Assembly: GCF_001447785.1 (NCBI RefSeq)
Contig: NW_015173680.1
Location: forward strand, 774,557-838,556
Reading direction: 5' to 3'
Length of the DNA: 64,000 nt
From: Gekko japonicus
Lineage: Eukaryota
Shown here: positions 1 through 11,231 of the stretch, piece after piece
Layout of the letters: every line of letters starts with the position of its first letter
How positions within the stretch are numbered: the first letter of the stretch is position 1
Program-made: the position numbers and the translations under genes
The notes under the pieces: model-generated
Seen by the model: the letters and a program-made list of their open reading frames with translations, nothing else
What the model was told of the DNA's origin: nothing
The model's database searches: none

Positions 1-561
1 CCTTGTACCTCTCTGTGTCATGCAGACTTTGGAAGTTAAAAAGGGAGTGGCAACTTAATATTCTTTCTAGACCAGGATTCCTCTTAATCTGACAGCAGGT
101 GCCACATTAAGCAGTACTGGTTTCCTGATTCCTGTATGTATTTACATGCTGCCCTTCCTCAGACAAGCTCAGAACAGTTCTCTTGTTTTTTCCTCTTCCC
201 CCCTTTTTGATCGTCACAGTCTGGTGAAGTGGGTTGCTTTATGATTGGGTGAGGATCTGAATCTTCATCTCCTCCCCCTCATCCTATTTTAACAACGACA
301 CTTAGCTCTGCTGGAGATGGGCAGGACAAAGCTGCCCCCTCCTTTGGATTACAGGGTGAGCATCTGTGGGGAAAAGAGTAAACTGTGAACCAGGAAGTGC
401 CCAGGCTAATGTGGTTGTAGCCTTGTCACTGTAACCATCGATCATAGAAGGATGGAAATTCTTACCTACCATGTTGGGGGGTTTGTAAAGAGAGCTAAAA
501 ATGTGCATATGAAGTGCTTTCTAAGTGCTAAGTAGTGTCATAACTCCAAGACAGTTGACAC

Positions 562-912
<351 letters not shown>

Positions 913-2707
913 TATACATGAACACCCATGCTAGGACACAGGTGCAGCTTCAGCCACGGCCTGGAAGGGCAAAGTAGCCCTGGCTGCTACAAACCACCAC
1001 CTTCCTTGTACTCCGGGCCTCTCAAGGGCTTTCTGCTGTTTCTGCTTACAGCCAAGAGCTGGCTGAGGCGTTTCTGGGAGCTACAGGCTCTGTAAACTTG
1101 GGAGCACAGCAGTCACTTGCAGAGCTGCTGCCAGCAGTGGCAGTCACTCCCCCAGGGAAAAGTGGAAACTGACATCCTGCAGGATCCTGTTGAGTTGCAC
1201 CCTGCCCTTGGTGAAAAGGGCTGGCTCAGGATCAAAAGGACCCAAAGGGGTGAGAGCTGGCACTGACATCAAACCAGACTACTTGATCAAAGGGCCTCAG
1301 CTCTGCCCTTGCCTGGTGTTGAGCATTACATCCCAGCCTCTCTGCAATCAAGTTCTCCATCTCTCCTGCAGCAAGAGCAGCCCCAACTGTTAGTTGGTCC
1401 CAAGAGTGGCGTTCAAACAAGATGTGACTACCTCTCCTCCCTCCCAGCGTAGCCTGTCCTGCCATGGCCACAGGCTGCTCTCCTTGACACCAGCGCTAGA
1501 GGACTTTAATGACTCCTGGCCTGTTTTTGCATTTTACTTCTTTCTGTTGAAGGTACAGATTTACTGGGTGCTGCTTTTGGGATCTGCCTTGTTTTATTTA
1601 ACGGCCTTTGCCAGTAGCTGGCAGTCTTCTCTTTCTTGCCACCCTTTCTAGTCCGGCCTCCCCACGAAGAACATCTCCATCTTTTGTATCTTCTGTTCTA
1701 TTACAAAGCATGCAAACATGAGCACTAAACTTTCTGAACTGAGTGGCGTGGACAGAAATTGGAGGTGGAGAAATCAGACCAACCTATTAATAGGACTTTT
1801 ACTCTGATAAAATATTCTCCAAGTGCAATAAATGATTATCAGTGCCTCAAATAAACAGCAAGCTGTGGGGGGAAATCATGCAGAAACTGAGTCCTCAGGT
1901 CATTTGAAGTGGTAAGTCTAATATACAGCAACCATGTGAGATACTTGGTGTACAGTAAGGGGCTTTGGACACAGCCTGCCTTCTCTCATTATGAAATACA
2001 GTGCGGATCCCAAATTATGTACCTTCCAGCCTCCCCACCCCAGCCTACATTAATCAAAAATGCTATCCGCATGGAGGAGACTGGGCTTTTATTTGTTTTG
2101 TACAAAGACATACTAAGCATTGCCATGTTGAATTCTGCCAGGTACACCTGAGAATCCAGGCTAAGAGGTCCCAGCAAAAAGAAAGAAACACAGCTTTGAG
2201 CTTCAGGCTGCTTTTGGTCACTTAGGGCCACACTTTTGCCAACAGTGCCAAGGATGCAGAAGTAACTTTAATATTGCATGAGCCTTGCTGTGGACCTCCC
2301 AGGAAAAGGATGTGTTTCTCAGATGTTGGAAACTGGCAGATTTTAGCCTCTATTGCAGGAGACAGGGATTCAGCTGTGCGCAGAGCCCAGTATTCCTCAA
2401 GGGATAAAATCAACACTGGTGAATTCCTGACATTTAGACAAACATTATGCATTTTCATGCAAACACAGAAATGCTCAGTTACCCTCAATGGTACTTTTGG
2501 CTAGTCTCATGTTTCCATTCTACATCTCCCCGAAGCACTTGCCCAACATCAAGGCGCATCTTGGCATAGCCAAGGGTTTTCCTGGCCGGAATCTAGTTCT
2601 TCCAAGGTGGACTGCAGCTTTGAAGGACCTAACAGTTTGGCTGGGATATGCCTCTTCCCAGGCCCCACTTAGCCAAACAGCATCCCTGGCACCAGTGAGT
2701 AGGGGGC

Positions 2708-4606
2708 CTAGCTGTGAAGTGGGATAAAGGATGATGTGCTGAGCCTCTGAAGGACTCTGCTCTTTAGGTCCTCATCCTCAACCTTCCACCAGCGGAAGGC
2801 CTTGCTCTTCAATTCTGGCGGTTTCTCCTTTGAGCACTGGCCAGTGCCCCCAATTGTCACTACTACATTGAAGCAGATGCCATCGCTTTGGCCTGGCTCC
2901 TTGCCTAGGTGCTGTAGCCCAAGCAAGCCGCGGATCTCTACCATCACGCCAGGGTGGAGCAGCTGATAAATGGCCACCAGAAGTCCACCGCCCAGTGCTG
3001 GTGGAGACATACCATTCACAACCACAGGCAAGTGTGGAGACCTCGCCGCGCCCAGGAGCACCCACAGAGCACTACTGCTGTCAGTAAACAGGGCCAGGAG
3101 CCGCTGGCAGATCACAGCACAGGGCAATTCCGCCGGCAGCGTAGGTGGGTGGCATGGGTTGGCTTGATACTGCAGAGCAAGATCCATAAAAGGCACAATA
3201 TCCCGGGCTCGTAGTGGCAGAGTAGGAGACTTCCGGTCCCACCACCGAGCCTGCAGCGACTCTTCATCTGCATCCTGCAGGGTTTTCAGGGTGCCACCTA
3301 GAGAAACAACATGTGGTGTCAGGGCAGCTGTGGCAAAGGCATCTGTGTCACCCTCTGGTGCTAACTTATTTTGCAACAAACAATGAAATAGAGAAGCAGA
3401 GGTAGAACAAGGGTACTTTTGGTGTCCGGACTTTCTGCTATACAGAAGTAGGGGAATGACTGAAGCTGGGGGAGAGGAGACGCAGGCAAAGCCTTTCCAA
3501 GGAGGTATTAAGTAGTAACTGGGATCTTACTCCAGTGAGCAAAAAGAAGTAAACATTAACTAGCCACTGGGGAACACAGATTCCCAATCAGCAAAGGTGA
3601 CCTTCAACTCTAGGGTTCCTCTTCTGGATAGTGAAATTCAGAGCAGAAGAAAAATCACATGTAGACTTGGAGGAGGATAGCTGACCCACCTAAGTGTTCT
3701 CCCCACAGCACAGGCACCATTCACCTCACAAGCTGCGCCTGAAAAGCTCTCTGGAGCACCAACGCCAAGGAGAAAAACAAACGGCTCTTCCTCTACCGGC
3801 TGCTTAGCCCAGCCTTTGCTCTCCCTCGAAGGGGAGTTCAGCGAGGCTCCTCTCCAACCCGCCTCTCCCTCCCCACTGGGCCGGCCCCCAAGAACGCACC
3901 AGTCGGTCTTGCCAGGAAGATGAAGCGCAGCCAGGAGGTGCCCCGCTCCTCGACGGCCAGCAGGGTGAGCGGCTGACACTGCAAGCCCGTCTCCTCCTTC
4001 ACCTCCCGCTGCATGGCCTCCACAATGGTCTCCCCGGGCTCCATCCGCCCTGCAGGCAGGTACCATGTCCCGTGGCACTCCAGCTTCGCCTCCTGCATCA
4101 CCAGCACTTCCTTCTGCAGGAGAAACGGCAGAGTCATGCTCGGGCGGGTGTGTGTGTGTGTAGAGTTGCCAGCTCTGGATTGGAAAATAGCTGGAGACTT
4201 TGGGGGTGGATCCGGGAGTGGCCGGGGTTTGGGGAGTGGAGGGGCCTCAAGACGGTGCAATGCCACAGAGTCCACCCTTCAACCCTTTCTCCAGGAGAAC
4301 TGATCTCCGTCAGCTGGAGATCAGTTGTCAAAGCGGGAGATCTCCAGGCACCACCTGGAGGCTGGCAATCCTAGGGGGGAGGGGAGACAGCCGTCCGGTC
4401 CGCCCAGCAGAGGACGGGGTAAACGCCCGGCCCGACGCGCCCTCCTCCCGGCTGACCTTCTCGTTCAGCAGCACCGCCATCACTACGTAGCAGGTGTTCC
4501 TCCGCAGGCGGACGGGCTGGAGAGGCGGCGGCGGCCCGGCATCGTACTCCTCCGGGATAGGCCAGCCCCTACCGCTCAGCAGCAAGTCAAGCTCTTCTTC
4601 GGCCAT
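2708..4606 (-). CDS. NUDT18: 8-oxo-dGDP phosphatase NUDT18 (MTH3), Nudix hydrolase, 317 aa; exons 4606-4457, 4113-3900, 3297-2708
   Basis: GT-AG introns with consistent phases (150+214+590=954 nt). N-terminus has '[20 protein letters not shown]', Nudix box is [22 protein letters not shown], exon 3 begins '[20 protein letters not shown]'. Minus-strand AATAAA at 2088-2093. Confidence 0.95.
4161..4373. mobile_element. ~210-bp MITE with TAGGGTTGCCA-type TIRs (hAT-Blackjack-like) in NUDT18 intron 1
   Basis: TAGAGTTGCCAG...CTGGCAATCCTA ends; internal sequence closely similar to the copies at 19003, 26792 and 34978. Confidence 0.8.
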
Positions 4607-4930
4607 ATCGACGACGCCCTCTGCACATGCTCAGGGGCGCTGTCGCCCGGTGTGGCGCAGCAAAACACAATCCAGAGGCGATCCGCCCTCCCCATGCCCG
4701 CAACGGAAAAGGGGCGGGGGGTTAAGGCGCGTGGGAAGGGAGAAGCTTTGGCGACGGTGACGTTAGCGGAAGTGGAGTTATTCCACCCTCGCCCTCGGAG
4801 TGGGGAAGTCGGTGGCTGTTGAAGCCGCGTGGCTGATTTTTGACTCCATTCCTGGGGTTCTGGAGGCGGAGGGCCGGCAGAAGACGGGCCCGAGCGCTTT
4901 AGGATGAGTTTGGCTGAAGCCGCCCAGGCG
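4380..4930 (-). promoter_or_regulatory. CpG-island promoter of NUDT18
   Basis: CpG-rich region around the ATG; GC box GGGGCGGGG at ~4711; ETS motif GCGGAAGTG at ~4767. Confidence 0.7.
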
Positions 4931-5759
4931 GGGAAAAGTAGCGGATAGGATCTCCCTGGAACTTCCATATTTATTTAGAGATCGTATATGGTGCCCCTCT
5001 AGGGACCAGTGCCAGGCGGCTCACAGATAAAAAATATAATAGAAACAGTATAGTTCTGTATATCCATTGAAAGTTTTCTCTCCAGCTCATGGAGGGGACG
5101 GGGAATATTGGTGTGGCTGGTTTTGCGGGGCTCTCCTGACGTTCAGAGGAGGTGCTCGCTTCCCACCCAGTTGTTCTTGCGACGGCACTGGGGGAGTTTC
5201 TTTTGGCATAACCGATTGTCGTCCTGTCAAAGATCTGCTCACCCTATGGCTTAGGTAAGTGAACTGGGGGAACTGAGATAATTACTGCTAGAGTACCATT
5301 CAATTCACGTTGTATGAGTGCCAGCAACAGCAGAAGCTCCGCTTAAATTCCAGCCAGACCCAATGTAGCAATCTGCACCGAGGTGACAGAGAAACTCAAA
5401 TACTGGCCTACAGAGCTTTTTCCCGTAGTTGGGCCCCTTTGACAGGAGTCGAGACGCTAACCACAATCAACACATGCTGAGCAGTGTTCAGATCAAGTCA
5501 GTGATACTTGCTATTACTAGAATGCCACTTCTAATTCACTTAATGTATCCTCTAGCCTAAGGTCCCCCTTTGTCCTGTGCATCCAGTAGGACATGGACAA
5601 GATCCCTGAGGTGGTGAGGTGCACTTAAACATCGCTCTTCCTGTTAAAATCTGCCACAAGATGCCCAGGAAGTGGGTGCCTCTTTTTGAGGCATTAAGTG
5701 GACCCTAACCCCTTGCAAGACCACTCTGAAAGAAATCGTCCCTTAGCTCCCCTGCCTGC

Positions 5760-5997
5760 TTAGGGAAAGGTACTCAACTATGTGGTGGTAGGCTACTGCT
5801 AAGGAATCTTCCAAATACTGACAGATCTTTTTCAATATGGCTTTGAAATGGAAAATACTTGTTTTATCCTCCTGGACAATCTGCACCAGGACACAGAACA
5901 GGAGCACAGTCCTGGTGCTCTCAGCACCTACCACAATCCCATTCTGAATTACAATATTAGGATGAACCTGGAAACCGCTGTTCTGATATAGGTACAA
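5760..5997 (+). mobile_element. Old, degenerate L2/CR1-group LINE RT fragment
   Basis: Translates to 'DLFQYGF...LLDNLHQD', resembling the L2 RT 'DPFQSGF...LVDDL' segment; broken by frameshifts. Confidence 0.45.
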
Positions 5998-6009
5998 TTA
6001 ATGGCATTG

Positions 6010-6344
6010 GAGCTGCGGTGGCTCAAGTGGTTAAGACGCTGAACTGCAGGCTGTGGAAGGTCAGTAGTTCGAGACCCGGGTGCCACAAGACGGAGTGAGC
6101 TCCTGTCTCTAGTTCCAGCTCCTGCCAACCTAGCAGTTCGAAAGCAAGAAATTGCAAGTAGATAAATAGGTACCACTTCGGTGGGAAGGTAACAGCGTTC
6201 CGTGCGCCTTGGTGTTTAGTCACGCCACCCACATAAGCACGGAAACGTCTTCGGACAGCGCTGGCTCTTCAACTTTGAAACGGAGATGAGAACCGCAACC
6301 CTAGAGTTGGATTCGACTGGCTTTCGAGCAAGGGAACCTTTACC
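6010..6344 (+). mobile_element. Full-length Sauria-type tRNA-derived SINE
   Basis: tRNA-like head (GGTGGCTCAAGTGGTTAAG...GTTCGAGACC), body 'CCAACCTAGCAGTTCGAAAGC...AGTAGATAAATAGGTACC', ACCTTT tail; 12-bp TSD TTAATGGCATTG at 5998-6009 and 6345-6356. Confidence 0.9.
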
Positions 6345-6398
6345 TTAATGGCATTGAGGGACTGCTGCTGGGTGCTGGTGTGACAGGGAGTAATAGTT

Positions 6399-8699
6399 TT
6401 TTTTTTTTTTGGTCAAGAAACTTTTATTTTCTTAATACATTTCACAAAATACAATTTCTTATAATCAGTTTCCCTTCCCCCTCCCTCCTCTCCAGTGGCT
6501 TCCCGCAATGCATTTCTCCTGTGTCCCAAAAATCCTGTACATTCTAAGATAACAATCTTGATCTAAACGAAGTAAATTTCGTTTTACATCCCAGTTTTTT
6601 TCTAAATAAATCTTGAAGTCAACCCATTCCTCAAAAAATTCTTGGTCTTCCTTGTTGTTTAGTTTTTTTGTTATTTTGTCCATTTCTGCCATGAACAGAA
6701 CCTTTTGTATCCAATCCTCTATTTCTGGTATTTTCTCTTGTTTCCAACATTGTGCGTAAACCATTCTCGCCGTTGTTATTAAATACCAGAATAGAGTCTT
6801 TTTCTTCACATTTAGTTCTTCTATTTTAAGTCCTAAAAGCAGAATCTCAGGTGCTTTTTTAAAGGAAAACTTCAGTATTTTTTGCATTTCTCCGTGGACT
6901 TTTGTCCAAAAATCCACAGCTTTATCACATGTCCACCACATATGGTAAAATGAGCCTTCGTGCTTCTTACATTTCCAACATTTACTAGACATATTCTGGT
7001 TCATATTTGCTATTTTCTTAGGCGTCATGTACCATCTATACATCATTTTATAACAATTCTCTCTTACATTGGTACACATCGATATCTTAATAGAGTTTTT
7101 CCACAAATATTCCCACGAATCTATTGTCACTTCCTTATTCATGTTAATTGCCCATTTTATCATTTGTTCTTTTACTGTTTCATCTTCTGTATACCATTTC
7201 AATAAATTTTTATACATCTTAGAAACCATTTTCTCCCCTCCAACCTCCCAAATAGTTTCCAATTCATTTTTTTCCTCTCTGAAACCATAATTTTTCTTAT
7301 CTTCTTTAAAGATATCATTAATCTGCATATATTTCAACCAAACGTATCTATATTGAAGTTCATTCTGCTTTTTCATTACCCATTCTGTTCCCTCCTTTTT
7401 AATTAAGTCTCTGTACGGCAACCAATCTATGCCTTGCTGTCTTGAGTACGGCGTCAGTACTTCTGCTGGTACAATCCAAAGTGGTCTTTCCTCACAAAAG
7501 TATCTTTTAAATCTCGTCCAAATCACAAATAATGCCTTTCTCACCAAGTGATGCACAAAGAAACTGTCCATCTTTGATTTTCCATACCATAGATAAGCAT
7601 GCCAACCAAACCTGCAGTCATGACCCTCTAAAGTTAGCAGTCTTTTATTCTCCAAACTCACCCATTGCTCCAGCCATGTTAGACAAACTGCTTCATAGTA
7701 TAGTCTTAGATTTGGTAGCTGCATACCTCCTCTTTCTTTGGCATCACATAAAATTTTCATTTTGATCCTCGGCTTTCTGCCTGCCCAAACAAATTTTGAG
7801 AGTTCTTGTTGCCATTTATTCAGCAGGTCTGTCTTGTTCAATATTGGGTTAGTTTGAAATAAAAACATCAATCGTGGTAGAACATTCATTTTCACTACAG
7901 AAATCCTGCCCGTCAGGGATAAATTCAATTTATCCCATTTCTTGAAATCTTGAGTTAACTTATTCCACAGCTTCTCATAATTATTCTTGTAAAGATCCAT
8001 ATTTTTCGCAGTTAACTCAATTCCCAAATATTTTGTCTTTTTCACAACCTCACATTGTACCAGCTCTTGCAGTTCCAATTGTCTCTTTTTAATCATGTTT
8101 TTACATAATAATTTGGTTTTATTTTTATTCACATAAAACCCTGCCTTTTCGCCAAAGTCATTTATTTTTTGGAATAACAACGGTAACTCTTCAGTCAGAT
8201 TTTCCACTATGAACATCACATCGTCCGTGAATGCTCTGTATTTGTATTTATAGCCTTTATGGTTCAATCCTTTTATTTCTCCATCTTCCTGAATTTTTTT
8301 CAGTAATACTTCCAAAACTCAGATGAATAGCAATGGTGAAAGTGGGCAGCCTTGTCTGGTCCCTTTTTGTACTTGAAAGTGATCTGTTAATTCTTTGTTT
8401 ACATTCAGTTTTGCTTTTTGTTCTGAATAGAACGCTTCAATAATGTTGCTAAAATGTTGCCCAACTTCGATTTTATTCATCATTTGAAACATAAAGTCCC
8501 AATTTAAGTTGTCAAATGCTTTTTCCGCATCCACAAACAAAAAGGCCACTTCTTTTTCTGGATGTTTTTCATAATATTCTATTGCATCCATTACTATTCT
8601 TAAATTGTCTCTTATTTGTCTTTTGGGTAAGAAACCCGCTTGATCTTCAGATATTACCTTTTTCAAATGGTTTTTCACCCTTTCTGCTATAACTTTGGC
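6399..8699 (-). mobile_element. 5'-truncated L1-clade LINE (RT plus C-terminal CCHC of ORF2) with one in-frame stop
   Basis: ORFs 8319-8678 and 6465-8315 are one frame interrupted by TGA at 8319-8321. RT motifs QAGF, DAEKAFD, GTRQGCPLSPLLF and FTDD; zinc knuckle CWKC..HMWWTC. AATAAA plus poly(A) (poly-T at 6397-6410). 16-bp TSD ACAGGGAGTAATAGTT at 6383-6398 and 8700-8715. Confidence 0.93.
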
Positions 8700-11231
8700 A
8701 CAGGGAGTAATAGTTGATGTAAGTTTTATGTTTGTTTATACGCCACTGCCCCTTTAAGATTGAACCATGTGGCATTCTGGGAAAGGAGATGGCAGTTAGC
8801 AGACTTCAGTACTAAAGTGATTTTGGTTCTGAAAGTATTTTTAGTTCATGGCTCGTGTGTTCTTAAATAAAATATCAACATTTTCTACACATAATGCCTT
8901 TCCCCCTCAGTGAGGTGTAACATCTGAACAGATCCAGCTTGCTGTTTTTGTAATTTTACATCTGTGGAACTACTTGGAGACGTTTACTGGAGATTCTGAA
9001 GTCAGTGGCATTGGTACTATTAAATCAGGGACTGACACAAAGGAGGGTAAATAAATTGAGGCTTAGTTTATTGTTATCCAGCTTTTTAAGCTGAAAGACT
9101 TAGAAGGCAGCACCTACAGGAGTAAAAACCACTTTTGTCATTTGGGAGGTAGTTCTTCACCGAGCTAGATTCAAGCCCCATGACCTACTTCCTATTTTCC
9201 CTCTGACTGGCAGCAGGTAGAAGCAAGACGTGGGGTGCCTCTCTCCTGGGACTAAGCCCAGGCCCAGTAGAAGAAAAGACACAGAGAATGTAACTGATCC
9301 AGGAGACTAGCATGCTTGGAATGAGGTCACACTCCTAGGAAGTTCACAGGTTGGGTGTCCTCATGGATCCAGACACTCTTCCAATATGTTCAGGACTATG
9401 TTTAAGCAGTTGCCCTGAACAGAAAAGATCTGACAAAAGTTATGCATGCCCTGTTCACTTCCTGCTTGGATGCAGGGGTTTGCTAGTTTTGGTTTCAACT
9501 AAAATGTTTTAACTATTATTGTAAGCCACCTTGAACTATGAAGAAAGGCAGGATATGTTTTAATAAATAAATACATAAATAAAATACTTTGGAACATGTT
9601 TGGAGATGGCAGGCTGGTTGGCATTATGCTGGGAGTTGGCTTATACAGTTTGCATCAGGAAGAGACACTACTTGGGGGTGGGGTCCAATCTAAGTTCCAG
9701 CACTTGCTGTTCACTGTTGAGGTACTTGGCAAAGCCACTGTTATCCCACGCACGCAGCTCAGTTAAAGGAGGATGGAGAGAGGAAGACAGAATCCTCCAT
9801 GACATGATCCACCACCAGCTCTAGGAGGAAAGGAAAGCCTGCACTCCTGCTGAGGGAACAATGCAGTTTAGCTTCTGGCCTTGCTCTGGGCCCAATTTGT
9901 ACGTTCTAACAAAAAAAAAAAAAGTCTGGTTATGCACAGAACTGATCCTAATCCAAATAGCAAACTGAGCTGTGACTGGCTAGCAGTACAGACCCCTTTT
10001 GAAGCTGTTCTTTCAACACAGACACACATTGAGCTTCTCCCACTCACCACACACACAAACACAGAGCCTCCTCACTGGCATAGGTAGGTAGTGGAGATTG
10101 GCGTGGAAGTTGGATAGCACAGTAGCACCAGCTCATTCTCTGTCTATGTTCAGGCACATGAGCCAGGAACACAAACACAAGTTACGCAGCACAGCAGTCA
10201 GGTAGGAAGAAGAGCAGCAAGTTTTTAGCCTGACCAGCTTCATCAGTGCTGACCAGCTTAAAGGTCAATCTGTGGGCTGGAATGCAGAAGGGAGGGAGAA
10301 TGTGCCTGCCCCCCCCCTTTTTTACATAGTTTCTCTTTAGCCAGCCTCAGTATTTAACCCACACAACCTCTGAAACAAACAGAATGAAGCCTAGCTTAGA
10401 TTTAAGAACACATGTTTAATTAATATACATTCAAAACGTTCAAAATACAAAGGCACTCAAGTCACAGTAGTTAACCAAGTCTGGCTCTTTGGAGACAGAG
10501 ACTCACAAAAGGGGTGGGGGGAGAATATTTAGGTGCAAGGTTCTGGCTTCTTTTTCTTGCAACCCTTAGCAGAGAGGGAATGCAACGAACTCAGATGCTG
10601 GTAAGCAAGCTACAAGAACATCTGCTCAACATTCAGCAAAATGCTGGGAATCATTGCACATGTCTTTTAAAAAAAAAAAAAAGATGTCAGTTTCTGCACG
10701 TTGATGCACAGTGCCAAGCTGCACTTGCTCTCCTGCCACTTCAAGAGTGCCATGTACTTGTGTTGGTGAAGGCACACGATGGCAGGGGGGAGACTTCCTA
10801 ATATAGGCAGCCAAATTGAGCAGGACACTCAGATGCAGTTCAAGAGCCAGTGAATGAAAAACGTCACCCCTGTTCTGAGTCAAGGCATAATTGGGGGGAG
10901 GGGGGGCAGGCACAAGAGCTAAGCCTGCCAAGGGAAGGGAGGCACCAGAGGTTGCTACCGGCTCAGCTGCCAACAAGGGTTTCCAGCCAGCAAACCACTT
11001 TCCTCCTCCACTGTTGGACCCCCCCCCCCCCGCCCCGCAAGCACAACCACTGGCCCTGAGAAGTGGCTCATTTGAGGCCACTTTGACTGTGCCCAACTAA
11101 GGCAGGAAAAAACTACTCACAGCTCCCTGAACAGGGTCAGCAATACAAGCTGTGAAGCACCATTAGAACCACCATCCCCATTCCATGTGCCAATTTGTTT
11201 GCCCAAGCGACTTCTCTGACATGGAAGTGGC

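Noticed and set aside
6010-6085. tRNA gene
   Set aside because: The tRNA-like A/B boxes are the head of a SINE with TSDs.
6465-8315. 616-aa ORF as a host gene or a novel reverse-transcriptase system
   Set aside because: It is the 3' part of a truncated L1-clade ORF2 with a poly(A) tail, TSD and an upstream in-frame stop.
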